Assembly: GCF_001194135.2 (NCBI RefSeq) | Contig: NC_068991.1 | Coordinates: 20,973,709 to 21,023,918 of the forward strand | Source: Octopus bimaculoides | Taxonomy: Eukaryota | Direction: 5' to 3' | DNA length: 50,210 nt | Shown: positions 27,236 to 41,400 of the stretch, in pieces | Numbering within the stretch: the stretch's first letter is position 1 | Layout of the letters: each line of letters begins with the position of its first letter | Translations under genes and position numbers: made by a program | Notes under the pieces: model-generated | What the model was told of the DNA's origin: nothing | The model's input: the letters and a program-made list of their open reading frames with translations, nothing else | Database searches by the model: none

Positions 27236-28650
27236 AATAATAATAATAATAATTCTCTCTGCTATAGGCATAAGGCCTGCATTTTGCGGGAGTGGTAAGT
27301 CGAATACGTCGATATCAGTACTCAGCTGGTACTTATTTTATCGACCCTGAAAGAATAAAAAGCAAACTGGACCTCAGCAGAATTTGTACTCATAACGTAA
27401 GAAATTAAGAAGCATTTCTTCCATCTCTCTACATTCTAATTTAAAATCCAACTGAGGTCTACCTTGCCTATCATCTTTCAGGATCGATAAAATAAAGTAT
27501 CATTTACATACTGAAGATGATATAATCGACTGGCCTCTTCCTCCTTCTCAAAGTTGCTCACCTTGTGCCAAAACTGGAAAACAGAAGGTGGCGAGCTAGC
27601 AAAATTATTAGCATCAGACAGAGACATATTAGTTTAAAATTTTGGCACCAGGCCAGAAATTTCGTGAAAAGGGGGTCAGACGATTACATCGATTCCTGTG
27701 TTCAACTCATTTTATCGACTTATTTTACTTCTACTTATTTTATTCTACTTATTTTATCGACTCCGAAAGCATGAAAGGCAAAGTTGACCTCGGTGGAATT
27801 TGAACTGATGACGTAAAGACCGATGAAATGCCGCTAAGCATTTTTCCCGGCGTTCAAACGATTCTACCAGCTTGTCACTTTACAGAACCAAAGAAATATC
27901 AAATTCATTTCACTACACACATAGCTCCAAATTTCATATGAGTCACGGTCGTTTAAATTTTGTATTATATATTATGTCAACTGTTGAAAGGATAAAAGAC
28001 GAACTGTTAGTGTCTGCAGAGAACGACACGAAATTTTGGAAGGTGTTGGAAGTAACCTTATCGGATAGTTCAGAGCGAAAACTGATCACGGAAAGTCTTG
28101 AAATCAGAATGTGAAATTTCAATCGATTCCACTATATGGCAGTAGCTATACCAGCTTTTGATTTTACTATTCAATGTAAAGGTATTGTTCTGTTGCAGGA
28201 AATGTGCAATGTATAGTCTCGCTTTTAGGAATATAATGTTGTACACAGTGACGCAATCAAACAGTGATATAAACACACATACATACATATGTATACATGT
28301 GTGTGTATGTATGCGTATATATATGCATACAAATACAGATAGTTTGATACATACATACATTAATATATGTCTTTCATCTTTAACTTATTTATATATATAA
28401 AGGTGAAAAAAGGGTAAGACCCTTTCGGTCATGAATGATCATGAGATTGCACCAAGAAAGTTTCCCTCTGAGGCACAAGTCCAGGCAAGTTTGATTACAG
28501 AAGACCAGCAGTCATCGATACGTACCAACCTCTTCTCTCCACGCTACTGATATTATCTAAGGGAAAGGCAAAGGCAGATACAGCTTGGCACCAGTGACGT
28601 CGCAACTCATTACTACAGCTGAGTGAAATGAGCAATGTGAAATAAAGTGT

Positions 28651-28700
<50 letters not shown>

Positions 28701-28825
28701 TTGTATTGGTTTCCAGAAGACCGAAGGTGGCAGGTAGTGTTATGGAAGGACCGTAGTTAAACTCTCGGTTCGATAATGATACGAGTAAGGAGTTTAATGC
28801 GGGTCTTGTATGAGTATGTATATTT

Positions 28826-30895
28826 TTAAAACAATGAGACAACAAAGCCAAGGCTGTGTGGAATTTTCAGGACATTTATGAAGAGAAAGTTAGTCTTACA
28901 GCTGTTTCTGGGATATTAGCAATATCCCTTCATCATAAACGATGTGAGATGGTTAAATAGAGGAAACTATTAGAGTTCAATATGAAGAGTTATTTTGGAA
29001 AGGAAGCAAATAAGAAGTATTTAGGGGAATAGGAGAATAAATATAGAAATAAAAATAATAATGTATAAATATTTTATAATTGCAGTTCCGTTATCCAAGG
29101 AAAGTGGTATATAGAAGTGGTAGAAAAACTTCTTGTCCGTGGTATGTAAATTGCAATAGGAGTTCATATTTTGTCATCACAAATGGAAAGTGTCGAGACG
29201 TAGATTCCATGTGCTGTTCATTCAAAGGGGTCTTGTGGTATGAACGAAAATTTGAAAATGTAGTGGTAGTATTAAGTGCATAGAGAGGGGAGAAGAGATG
29301 TGTATGTTAAAATGAAGAGGGCGGCCAAAAGGATTATTTTCCCACAAATCTAAATGCAACCTAAATAACTGCACAGCACATATCCCGAACACCACTTAGG
29401 TAACCCCACAACAACCCTATTTGACTTTCCATTAATTTTTTAACTCTCCAATCTTATTTTAATTGTTTAATACTACACATATAGACATGCATATGCGTAC
29501 GTATGCGGATTATGTACGTATGTTTATGTATATGTGTGTGTGTATATGTATGCGTGTGTGTGTGTGTGTATGTGTGTACGTGTGCATGTATGAGTGTACA
29601 TGTGCGCGCGTGTATGCGTATATGCATGGGTATACGTGTATGTACATATATATGTGTGTGTATGTATATTTGTATATGTATGTGTATGCATGCATGCGTA
29701 TGTGTGTATATGTATATACGTGTATCTGTATGTGTGTGTGTATGTGTATATATATATGCATGCATGCGTACGGGTTTAAATACGCAACTACGCAGGCCTA
29801 TATAATAATGCACACACACATATATACAGATGTGCGTGCGCATATCGATATGCACTTCTTTCTTCCCTTCTCTCTAACTCCTCTACCGACACTATCACTT
29901 TAGAATAAAGACATGTCTATTTATAGAATGGGAGAATTTACGAAAAAAAACAACAACAGACGAGGACAGGTGGTGTAAACAACAAAAGGATGTATTAGTT
30001 TAACGCTCGGGAATAGAGAAAGTATTTAACGTTTCGAGCTACGCTCTTCAACAGAAGGAAACTAGGAGAAACTTGATCATTCTTAGTATTTTTCCCTTCC
30101 GTTTTGTGGTTTACTACTCACTTTAGAACCCCCTCCCTCCTATACCTTTTTCTGTACCCTTCACTTAATGCTATTCAAACATAGCACCCCACCTCACACT
30201 TCTCACACATATTCCTTCCTTACATTCTTATCTCTTCCTACCTCTCCCCTACTCCTCTCAAAATCCACCTCTCATATTATCTTGACCACCAACTAACACA
30301 CATTTTGCACTTTTCCATTTTCTTTTCTTGCTTTCTTTCCTCCTCATCCTCCTCCTTCTTCTTCTTCTTCTCCTTCTTTTCTCACATTTCCTTTGACCTC
30401 TCTCTTCATTTTAACATACACACCTCTTCTTCCCTCTCAGCCACTACATTCTCAAATTTCCATTCACATCACAAGACCCCTTTGAATGAACAGCACATGG
30501 AATCTACGTCTCCACACTTCCCAATTGTGATGATAAAATATGAACTTCTATTGGAATTTACATACCACGGATAGGAAGCATTTCTACCACTTTCCTTAGA
30601 TAATGGAACTTATAAATGGAACATATAAAGATGTTATAACTATAACATCTTTATACATTCTAATGTTTATTTCTGTATTCCTTCTTCTATTTCTCTATAC
30701 ACTCCTTATTTAGTTCCTTTTCCAAAATAACTCCTCATATTAAACTCTAATATTTTCCTCTATTTAACCATCTCACATCATCTATGCTGAAGGGATATCC
30801 CTAATATCCCAGACACAGCTGTAAGACTAACTTTCTCTTTATAAATGTCCTGAAAATTCCACACAGTTTTGCCTTTGTTGTCTTCATTTTTTTAA
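28826..30895. repeat. Long inverted repeat: arms about 28826-29333 and 30389-30895
   Basis: The arms are reverse complements over their length; one 101-nt segment counted by hand has 7 mismatches. Confidence 0.88.
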
Positions 30896-30907
30896 CACAC
30901 ACACACA

Positions 30908-30965
<58 letters not shown>

Positions 30966-30997
30966 NNNNNNNNNNNNNNNNNNNNNNNNNTATATAT

Positions 30998-31058
<61 letters not shown>

Positions 31059-31517
31059 TACATACACACTTATACACATATTTCTGAAAAGGGAGCGAGA
31101 AAGATATACACATAGAGAGACAGGCAGGCAGACAGACAGACGGATAGATAAGTAGATAGAAAGCGAGATAGCTAGCTAGGTAGATAGATAGATATAACTC
31201 ATACATAAACACACAATTACATACATACAGGCATACAGGCATATTTTCTGAAAAAGCTAAACACTTTTCGCCGTAGATTATAGGAGCGAAAGACATTGGG
31301 CGAAGAGTCCTTTGTCGTCTAATGATATAAGAAAGAGTCAAAAATTTGCTATAATTATGATATATTTTATAGAGATGTCAGAGCAATATGGCCTTCGTAT
31401 TTTGAATTTTAAAAAAATGTAATCATTCTTAACTCCGATCATATCTAGTCTCCTCAAATTGTAACGATTATCTCGTTGATATATTTATCGTATTGTTACA
31501 GCGTTCTCTAACGATAT

Positions 31518-31691
31518 TCATTGGATTTTTACACTATTCTTTTTATTTTCTTGTTCCATTTTATTAACTTCTTCAATTGTCTGTGGTAGAACCCGGTTTC
31601 CTGTTTCTGGTAAACATACTCGAAGCATTACAGTAGAACATAAACAAGCGACTCCAATAATAATACCAGGAGCCCACGGAATAGCCAAAGC
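31518..31691 (-). CDS. Gene B last coding exon: TM12 and C-terminal tail
   Basis: caacAG|gct...TGA; reads [57 protein letters not shown]. Confidence 0.92.
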   Translation of the reverse strand, partial: ALAIPWAPGIIIGVACLCSTVMLRVCLPETGNRVLPQTIEEVNKMEQENKKNSVKIQ

Positions 31692-33797
31692 CTGTTGATA
31701 GAAAAAAAATTGGACATGTAAATGAAAATAGATGAAATATTTTCATAGACAAGGAGACAGAGATGAAAATTAGACTCTCAGTATAAAAGTTTGAATAAAT
31801 TATATTCCTTGTTAAACTTCGAAGTCATTGCCAATCACATTCTAGTAACTATTAGACTTCTTAGAAAATAAAAGAATACTTATTTAAACTCATACAAACA
31901 CACATATATATACATATATATATGAAAAATTATATATATATATATATAAAAAATAAGTCCTGGGGTCGATTCGCTCGACTAGAGGTGGTGCTCCAGCATG
32001 GCCACAGTCAAATGACTGAAACAAGTAAAAAAGTAAAAGAGTAAAATATGAAACATCGAGTGTACTCTAGCTAATTTTATTATGTCCATTCCACGAACAA
32101 TTATTTGAATGACTCATGTCGATATCTCTAACTTATATCACAGGAATATTGAACTTTAAAATTTCTAAAGTTTATCGTATAAATTGAAAGATATCCTACA
32201 GTGTATAAGCGTGTGTCCGTATGAAGACCTTTCGTTATTTAGAAAGCTTAATGTTTCTTTTTCTTTAAACATCTTGTTTCATTATCACAATTAAAAAGCG
32301 TTTCAGAATCGTTTACCTTTAAAGCGCAAAAACAAAACCGATGTAATTTCCAAACTGCCAAATTTGGTAGATTGCTCCAGTGGTTTAACCATGCGTAGAG
32401 GAAATACACATACACACACATACCACCGCCACCGCCACCGCCACCGCCACAGCAGATGAACTTGCAGTCTCACTATTGCAGGGGCTCTTTCATGAATTGA
32501 AAGTCCTAAAGTGGATGCAACTGCTTCGGATGGTCAATTATACCTATCCATTAAATATTAACTAATTTCATTATCATTGTTTAATAGAACAGCAGCTTGA
32601 TCATTTCCTTTCAGCGAGTACTTAATTGGCCTCACTGAGGCAACGATTTCATCGTTTCAGTGGCATCTGAATGTTCTTAAAAAGAGTTTCCTTATAAGGT
32701 ACCCCCATTCGTTTGTTTTCCATTGCAACTCATTTTCGTCTATAAAGAGACAGTANNNNNNNNNNNNNNNNNNNNNNNNNNNNNNNNNNNNNNNNNNNNN
32801 NNNNNNNNNNNNNNNNNNNNNNNNNNNNNNNNNNNNNNNNNNNNNNNNNNNNNNNNNNNNNNNNNNNNNNNNNNNNNNNNNNNNNNNNNNNNNNNNNNNN
32901 NNNNNNNNNNNNNNNNNNNNNNNNNNNNNNNNNNNNNNNNNNNNNNNNNNNNNNNNNNNNNNNNNNNNNNNNNNNNNNNNNNNNNNNNNNNNNNNNNNNN
33001 NNNNNNNNNNNNNNNNNNNNNNNNNNNNNNNNNNNNNNNNNNNNNNNNNNNNNNNNNNNNNNNNNNNNNNNNNNNNNNNNNNNNNNNNNNNNNNNNNNNN
33101 NNNNNNNNNNNNNNNNNNNNNNNNNNNNNNNNNNNNNNNNNNNNNNNNNNNNNNNNNNNNNNNNNNNNNNNNNNNNNNNNNNNNNNNNNNNNNNNNNNNN
33201 NNNNNNNNNNNNNNNNNNNNNNNNNNNNNNNNNNNNNNNNNNNNNNNNNNNNNNNNNNNNNNNNNNNNNNNNNNNNNNNNNNNNNNNNNNNNNNNNNNNN
33301 NNNNNNNNNNNNNNNNNNNNNNNNNNNNNNNNNNNNNNNNNNNNNNNNNNNNNNNNNNNNNNNNNNNNNNNNNNNNNNNNNNNNNNNNNNNNNNNNNNNN
33401 NNNNNNNNNNNNNNNNNNNNNNNNNNNNNNNNNNNNNNNNNNNNNNNNNNNNNNNNNNNNNNNNNNNNNNNNNNNNNNNNNNNNNNNNNNNNNNNNNNNN
33501 NNNNNNNNNNNNNNNNNNNNNNNNNNNNNNNNNNNNNNNNNNTACACACACATATAATTTAATATACACAGTATAAATATAAGAATACTTCTTTTTATAC
33601 CGTATACATTAAGTTATATTTATCTGGATGGAGGACTTTTTTTTGTTGATACTACCTTAATGAAAATGTAAACCACACAAACACACGTGCGTGCACACAC
33701 ACACACACACGCACGCACGCACGCACAAACACACATAGGTAAGTATTATGTATATATATGTATTTGTAAAAAACTGATGATGATGATGATGATGATA

Positions 33798-33832
<35 letters not shown>

Positions 33833-35752
33833 ATAAGCACTGAAGGCCATTTCATTTAAAGACTACAAATAAAAATTCAGTTCTTATAATGAAGTACTTG
33901 TAATTGAAAATGTTGGTAAGTGATTTGATTCAATAGAATGACCGTGAACTTACCAAGAGTTTGAAATAAGGCGTTATCATGCATACACACCGCATGAAAG
34001 TCGTGGCAAAACCATTTCCAGCACTCCTACAGTGACAAGATAATCGTGATTAAAATCAATGTTTAGTGATGGTCACTCCCGTCTATTTCGACGTATGAGT
34101 GTTCGAAGGAGAAGATTTTCAAAAAACGTGTGATAAAAAGGAAAAAGAACTTTAAGAATAAAAGAAGGTGCATCGATTTGCGATGGACACATGAATGTAA
34201 TTTGAGTCCAGGTATGGATTTTGCTATGAAGTGATAATGGGGATATTGATGAGTTTGATTTTGCATGAGATTGTGCAAATCTGTCTGTTGATTGCAGGTT
34301 CGTGTAGGGTACTCTCTTGTTACCATATTTCTAATGAAATAAACCCTTTTATTTCAAGTAATTTGGAGAACAATGAAGAATCTATTAAAATATTTTATCG
34401 TTATTAAGCCGATGTTTGGAATATAAATCAGCATGGAAGTTTGATGAAAGGTTTAAAACAAAAAATTTGTATCAAAGAATCAAAGATGGTTGCAAGCTGG
34501 TTAGTGTCTAACGCGCTGAAAACTTTGTACGATTATTGTTACTCCATTTTTTTCACTATATCTCTGTCCAGTTTTGAGAGTGAAATAAGTTAAAATATTG
34601 ATGAGAACGCCAATTCGTTGCGACATATTGCCAATGACTGGTGCCGAAAGTGTTAATTCAAAATTGTTTCTCTCTTTTGTAAGCAAGCCAGAAAGTTAGA
34701 GAAATTTTATAAAAGAAAGAACAGAAAGAAATAATGAGGGATAACTACGGATATAGTTCAAGTTGTTCATTTTTGAAGACAACATAACACGAAAAAAAAA
34801 AATAAAAAATAATGACATAGACAGAAAGGTTGGCTTGAAAGAAAGAAGAAACAAACACACAGGCATCAGGAAGAGAAGAAGAAAAAGTAAAGCAACAAAA
34901 AAAGTTACACCTGAAAAGAAAAGAGAAAATCCAAATGTGAAAAAAGAACTCGGTTTCATATCTAGGTTGAAGCAATTTGATTTCATGTACGTTAACAGCT
35001 AGATACAGCTATCGTATCATATTTCTTTTCTCCTAAATAAGCTATAACGCTCATCAAATATCCACCTTAACAGAGGTTAAAATACACAGTAATGCAACTT
35101 ACAAATGAAGAATTCATTAAAAAAAACGCCAAGCATTACTTTTAACAAATTACTTAATGAAAGGAAAAATGATGAACATTTATTCATCGATCCCAACTAA
35201 TTACTGTTTTTATTACATTTTAATCTCAAGACGGAATTTGACTTTCGTGCATTCACATTCGTCAAGCATACACATAAAAATGTAGGTTTGGTGTCATACT
35301 GACAAAAAATAAAAAGATAAATAAAAATTTTAAAATATTATAAATACTTTTAGTTATACCCTTACCGTATCTGTGTTGGATATAGTTCTGAGGTGTATAT
35401 GTAATCATTGCAACTAGCAGCATTCAATCCAGCAGCAGACACAAGATACAATGCAAGAAAAACGTACTCCATCAATTCACTGTCCTCTTAAAAGAAAAAA
35501 AACATTGTGTTACTGTTGAAATGAGTTTTAATATTTAGATAAACCATTTAGTAAAAGTAATAAATGGATCAACAATAACAATAATATTTGTTTTTTGGCA
35601 CTAAAAGTACCAACCTTTCTTATTTCCTACAAGGATCAAATCGGTCATTTTTGACCGGCATTGAAAATCATAATTTAATATAATTTATTTCAAATATAAG
35701 ATAATGCAGTGAATAAAGGATGTGAAAATAGTCTTTTAGCATTTATTTACGT

Positions 35753-35842
<90 letters not shown>

Positions 35843-37263
35843 NNNNNNNNNNNNNNNNNNNNNNNNNNNNNNNNNNNNNNNNNNNNNNNNNNNNNNNNNN
35901 NNNNNNNNNNNNNNNNNNNNNNNNNNNNNNNNNNNNNNNNNNNNNNNNNNNNNNNNNNNNNNNNNNNNNNNNNNNNNNNNNNNNNNNNNNNNNNNNNNNN
36001 NNNNNNNNNNNNNNNNNNNNNNNNNNNNNNNNNNNNNNNNNNNNNNNNNNNNNNNNNNNNNNNNNNNNNNNNNNNNNNNNNNNNNNNNNNNNNNNNNNNN
36101 NATGTAAAGATCGAGAAGGTGAATGACAAGGACCTTTTTGTGTGCACAGTCTGTGATAGACCATGTCTGTCTTTGGTTGGCCTCAAATCTCACCTGCGAA
36201 CCCATGGAAAACAAACTTCAACCACCTATTCTGATTATGTCTGCGCACACGTTTGAATGTGGTGTGTGCCAGAGAGCTTGCAAATCCAATGGGGGTCTTA
36301 AAAGACATTTTAGGATCCACAATGAGCAGAACTTACCTGCAGGTATTGGTAGTACAAATCAGAGGTGCAATCTGTGTGGGTGTTTTTTCAAAACATTGTC
36401 TGGTTTAAAAAGCCACATGAGACGCCATGAAAGGGCTAAGGTGTAGGTGCAGGAGGTGGTCAAACTCTGTGTAAGGAGTAGACAAGCACCATGTATGTAT
36501 GTATGTATGTATGTATGTATGAAATGATGCTCATGATTGCATATTCAATACAGTCGTAGAAATTAAAAAGTAAGAAGCAAAAGCGACCATAAATAACCGC
36601 TCGGTACTAGTAGTGCTAAAAAGCTTACAAAGCCACAGATTCTGTGGTAGAATGCAGTTAATTATATTGATCTTTATACATGTTCACTCCTTTCTTTTAT
36701 CGACCTCTAGTAAGTTGAATAATAAAGGCTAATGGGTGGGGGAATGATAATTGAGTCTAGCACAGACACAATTAACGTTTGAGGAAGAGGAAAAGGTGTT
36801 AGCTGATTAAATCTACTACAGCACTTGACTGTTAGTTTATTCTATCAATCCCAGAAGAATGAGAGGATCTGAAACGTAAAGAGCGGGAGAAAATACCACG
36901 AAGCATTTTGTCCGACGCTCTTACTATTTTGCAACACGGCACACATAGAATAAGAACATTATACGTGAGGTAAATATTTAACTATTTATCAGTATGTTAT
37001 TGAGACTACTACTGTTCCACTATGATGCACAAAAACAAGAATACGGCAATCAAGACTATATAAAAAAAAGTAGCAGCAATGAACATTTTTTTAAAAGATT
37101 TTAAAATTAATGAAATACGAAAGGAAGTTGAAATAAAAAGCCACAAGCTGAATATTACCTGCCCATATTTTTATCAGAGATGCCGATATAATACATATGG
37201 CAACACCCGTCTTCAAACATGTTAAGGAAAATTTGTGACCGAATCTAGCAAAGAAAAGTAGTC

Positions 37264-37298
<35 letters not shown>

Positions 37299-38289
37299 GC
37301 ATGCATGTATACATACGTATATGTATGTATGTATATATATACATGCATACACAGACACACACATATATAGGCACACATAAATATGGACACACGTATAAAA
37401 GTGTACACACATATATACAGATTTATAATACCAGGTCTGATCAATAAGTATCCGGACTGTTACCATAATAACGAAGCTAAAGAACGCAGAGTGAAGCCGC
37501 TTGGCAGAAATTGACCTTGAACAACACTGCTGTGAGTGCGCACTAAGTTTTAACTTTCTAGCTCACTTTCGCTATTTACAGCAGTGCTGTGTAGCGTGTG
37601 ATCGTCGCATTGACCATGACAGAGAAAGTTGTCATGGTGATATCTGCTCAGAGTCCTACGTAAAGCTGCAGAAAGAGTATGGAGAGGAGTGTATGAGCCG
37701 CACACAAGTGCACGAGTGGTTGAGATGTTTCCAAGATGGCCGAATAAATGTCGATATCAACGAACTTTCTAGGAGACCAGCAGCCAGCAGAAATGATAAA
37801 AAGATCACAGATGTGCGTACAGCTGTGAGGGAAAATCGTCGAATCACCCCCAATGAGTTATAAGAGAATGTGCAGATCAGTTACGGCTCAGTCCAGTTCA
37901 TTATCAGTGAAGATATGGGTATGAAATGCGTGTCTGCCAAGTTTGTGCCCAAATTGTTTTCAGTTGACCAAAATGACGCTCGAATTTCAGTTGCACAAGT
38001 TCTCCTTGATTGTGTCGAGAACGATGGAAACTTCAAAACTTTGCGTTGGCCTCTGAGCAGGTATCGCCAAGCTTTTAGCAAAATATGATGCAGATTCTCT
38101 GCTCAATTTTCGCTGTCATGATCAATGCGACGATCACACGTAAACAACTGAAGTGAGCTAGAACGTTAAAACTTAGTGTGCATGCACAGCAGAGTACAAG
38201 GTCAGTCTGCGCCAAACGGCTTCACTATGCATGCGTTAGCTTCGTTACTATATCGACAATCCGGATACTTATTGATCAGACCATGTATG

Positions 38290-38343
<54 letters not shown>

Positions 38344-38375
38344 CATACATGTATATATATATATATATTTATATG

Positions 38376-38407
<32 letters not shown>

Positions 38408-41400
38408 CNNNNNNNNNNNNNNNNNNNNNNNNNNNNNNNNNNNNNNNNNNNNNNNNNNNNNNNNNNNNNNNNNNNNNNNNNNNNNNNNNNNNNNNNNNNN
38501 NNNNNNNNNNNNNNNNNNNNNNNNNNNNNNNNNNNNNNNNNNNNNNNNNNNNNTATATATATATATATATATATATATGCTTTAGAACAGGGCTTTAGTT
38601 AAATACAGAACTTAAATATGGAATTAAATAAACGACAAACGAAGAGAATTATGCAATGAACTTAATTAGCTTGCAGCTGTTTCTGTGATGCGATGCCGTG
38701 CAGTGACAACTGATTACTATTATGAGTATGAATAAATCTTAATGCTAATTGATTTAAATATGCCAATAAATATTGGAGACAAACGGTGATGATAACAATA
38801 TTGGAAAATCGGTGAGTCGATGACTTTTGTAATGGCCGTTTTTTTTTTCCTGTGCTTTTAACAGTGGAAACTGAATAAAATGTCTTCTGCTAGAACTGAA
38901 AACCCTACGGCAGACACATTTAGCGTGATTATTTTTCACACAAATTAAAAGTACATAATAAAGAAATGCATCTATCGATTGGATAAGTTTTTCATAATTG
39001 TACTCATTCCATCAACTCCAGGGTGATGTTAAGCAAAGTTTACTCTGACGATTATCAAATGCAGAATGTAGCGCATTGTAGGTAAAACGTTTAACCCAGT
39101 TTAATGCTGTTTCTTTCACTCTAACGCTTCCATATATTCGCAATGTTGAGAAAATGTGTTACCGTTTCGCTAATGCAGCCGCAAGACCCACTGATATTAT
39201 TGCAAGGAAATACAATATACTGTAGTTGATGTAGATGCTTCCACCAAAAACCTCCATCATTAACAAAATAATGTTCTGTGCTGTTGTATTTACAGCCCTA
39301 TAAAAAACCAAAGAAACAAAATATGTGAATTTAATAAACATATGCTCCACCGAAAGAGACAATATTGTCCCAATACCATTTCCTCAAGATACATCAAAAC
39401 AATATCTAATAATCAAATAATTGCCTCCAATGACGAATGTGAAATATTTGTCTATTTATTGCGTTAGGACATAAGATAAATATCCAGATTCTTATTTGTA
39501 CAAATACAGAAACGCGTAGAATAGAATCATACACAAGAATATACACATACAATGCGATAAATTGTTAGAGCCATTAGTGCATCGGCTTGAATATCTTGCA
39601 GTATTTGTTTCGACGCACTGAGTTCAAATCCTACCGAGCTCAACTATTTTTTTTCTTCTCGGGTTCGACAAAAACTACCAATGCAGGACAGGAAATTGAA
39701 GAAACTATAAGTATGTCGTAGTGAATGCATTATTGCTGTCATATGTTCCGATTCTTTAAGTTTTTCTTTCAAATTCTGCTATAGCTAAAAGAACAACGTG
39801 TTCCTTTAGCGAAGTCCAATCCGTTGCAAGCATTCGAGCTATGTTTCTTATTTGAGGACACTTGCCTCCATCTGTCTTACCAAACAACGTCGGAGGCCTG
39901 GTAAAATATTATGGGCAATGCCCTTCCCTCTCGACTAAATGATTAAAAACACACACAAGACATTCAAATATAAATTATTTATACATTTTGTGTGTTAGAC
40001 TATTTTGAATCATGTGTTTTTGTTACTATATTTCTAAATTTAGTTTCAACCTACTGATTTAAGTTGGTAGAACATAAATTACTTAATTCAGACCAACACA
40101 ATTGTGACTAACAGATGCTCTAAGAGTATAAGAGGGATCGACGATTTTGATCTGACAACACATAATAATGTCTGTGTCGTACAGCAAAGAGTTACACGGT
40201 TCCTGACTGAAGTGATTTTCTTCGTATTACATTACTAAACCATGTTTCTCTCTCGCCGAGAACATCCTCTCCCAAACTATAAGGTATTTTGTCTAATCAA
40301 ATATTGATTTTAGATTTTGGCACAATGCCAGCGTTTTTGGGGGAGGGAATAAGTACATTGCATTGACTGATGAAACAGCAAGGTCGACCTCGGCGGAATT
40401 TGAACTCAGGACGTAGTCAGATGAAATGCCGTTAAACATTTTGTCTGGCGCGGTAACGATTCTGTCCGTTCGCCGCCATGTCTAATTTAATACTGAATTA
40501 AAATTTTGGCACAAAGCTAGTAATTTTGAGAGAGGGGCATAGTCAATTAGATCGACATCAGTGCTCAACTAGTACTTTGTCGACTCCGAAGTGAAGAGTG
40601 AAGTGAATCTGAGTCAATGCCGTCAGGCATTTTGCTCGGCATGCTAACGATTTTGACACAAATCCAGTAATTTCCGAGAAGGGAGTAAGTTTGATTGCAC
40701 CAACTAACGTTCCCTACTGGTACTTATCTTACCGACTCCGAAAGGAAGAAAAGCAAAGTCGACCTCGGCGTAAAGACGGACGAAATGCTGCTAAGCGCGG
40801 TAACGATCCTGCCAGCTCGCCGCCACAGTCTAATCAAAAACGAAATTATAATTAGACATTGACAATATTTTCAAAGGTGTTTAAGAGAACATATAATCAA
40901 GACAATAGAAATAAGACGGCGAACCTTACCATTCTATAGACACGACGATAGTAACTTTCCTCAAATATGGTGATTTAAAGATAGTAAGTAACTTAACAAA
41001 CACCGAGGATTCTTCTTCACTTAGTGGTTGCGTATGATCGACGACTGCTGTGACTGGGGGACTAGGTTCACTACTTCGGCTTTGAAGACTGGTTTCATTC
41101 ACTTGACCAGTTTCTTGTAGTGCAGTGTCTTTTACAAATGTACACCAGATTTCATCAAAGTCAACCTTGTTTTGTCTTGCTGCTTTTTTGATAATTTTCT
41201 CTGCTGCTTTTATTTTCGAATTTGCAAATAGCCATCTGACAGATTCCTCCAGGAAACTATAGGCATAAAAAAAATATAAACGGAACATAAAAAAAGAAAT
41301 GTATCTCTTTTCGAGTGCCAATGTATGTGAGCTACACGGTCCTACCAACAACGGATCATGAACAAATTACTGAACAGTTAAAAGGCTATATTTCTTTTCT

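Noticed and set aside
34501-34686. Minus ORF containing GNMSQRIG, superficially like SLC22 TM11
   Set aside because: The real TM11 exon is 33954-34026, with correct length, phase and splice sites; no fitting splice sites were found here.
36123-36446. C2H2 ORF as a host zinc-finger gene
   Set aside because: There is a frameshift between fingers and a short UTR with a microsatellite tail, and the finger style fits a LINE C-terminus.
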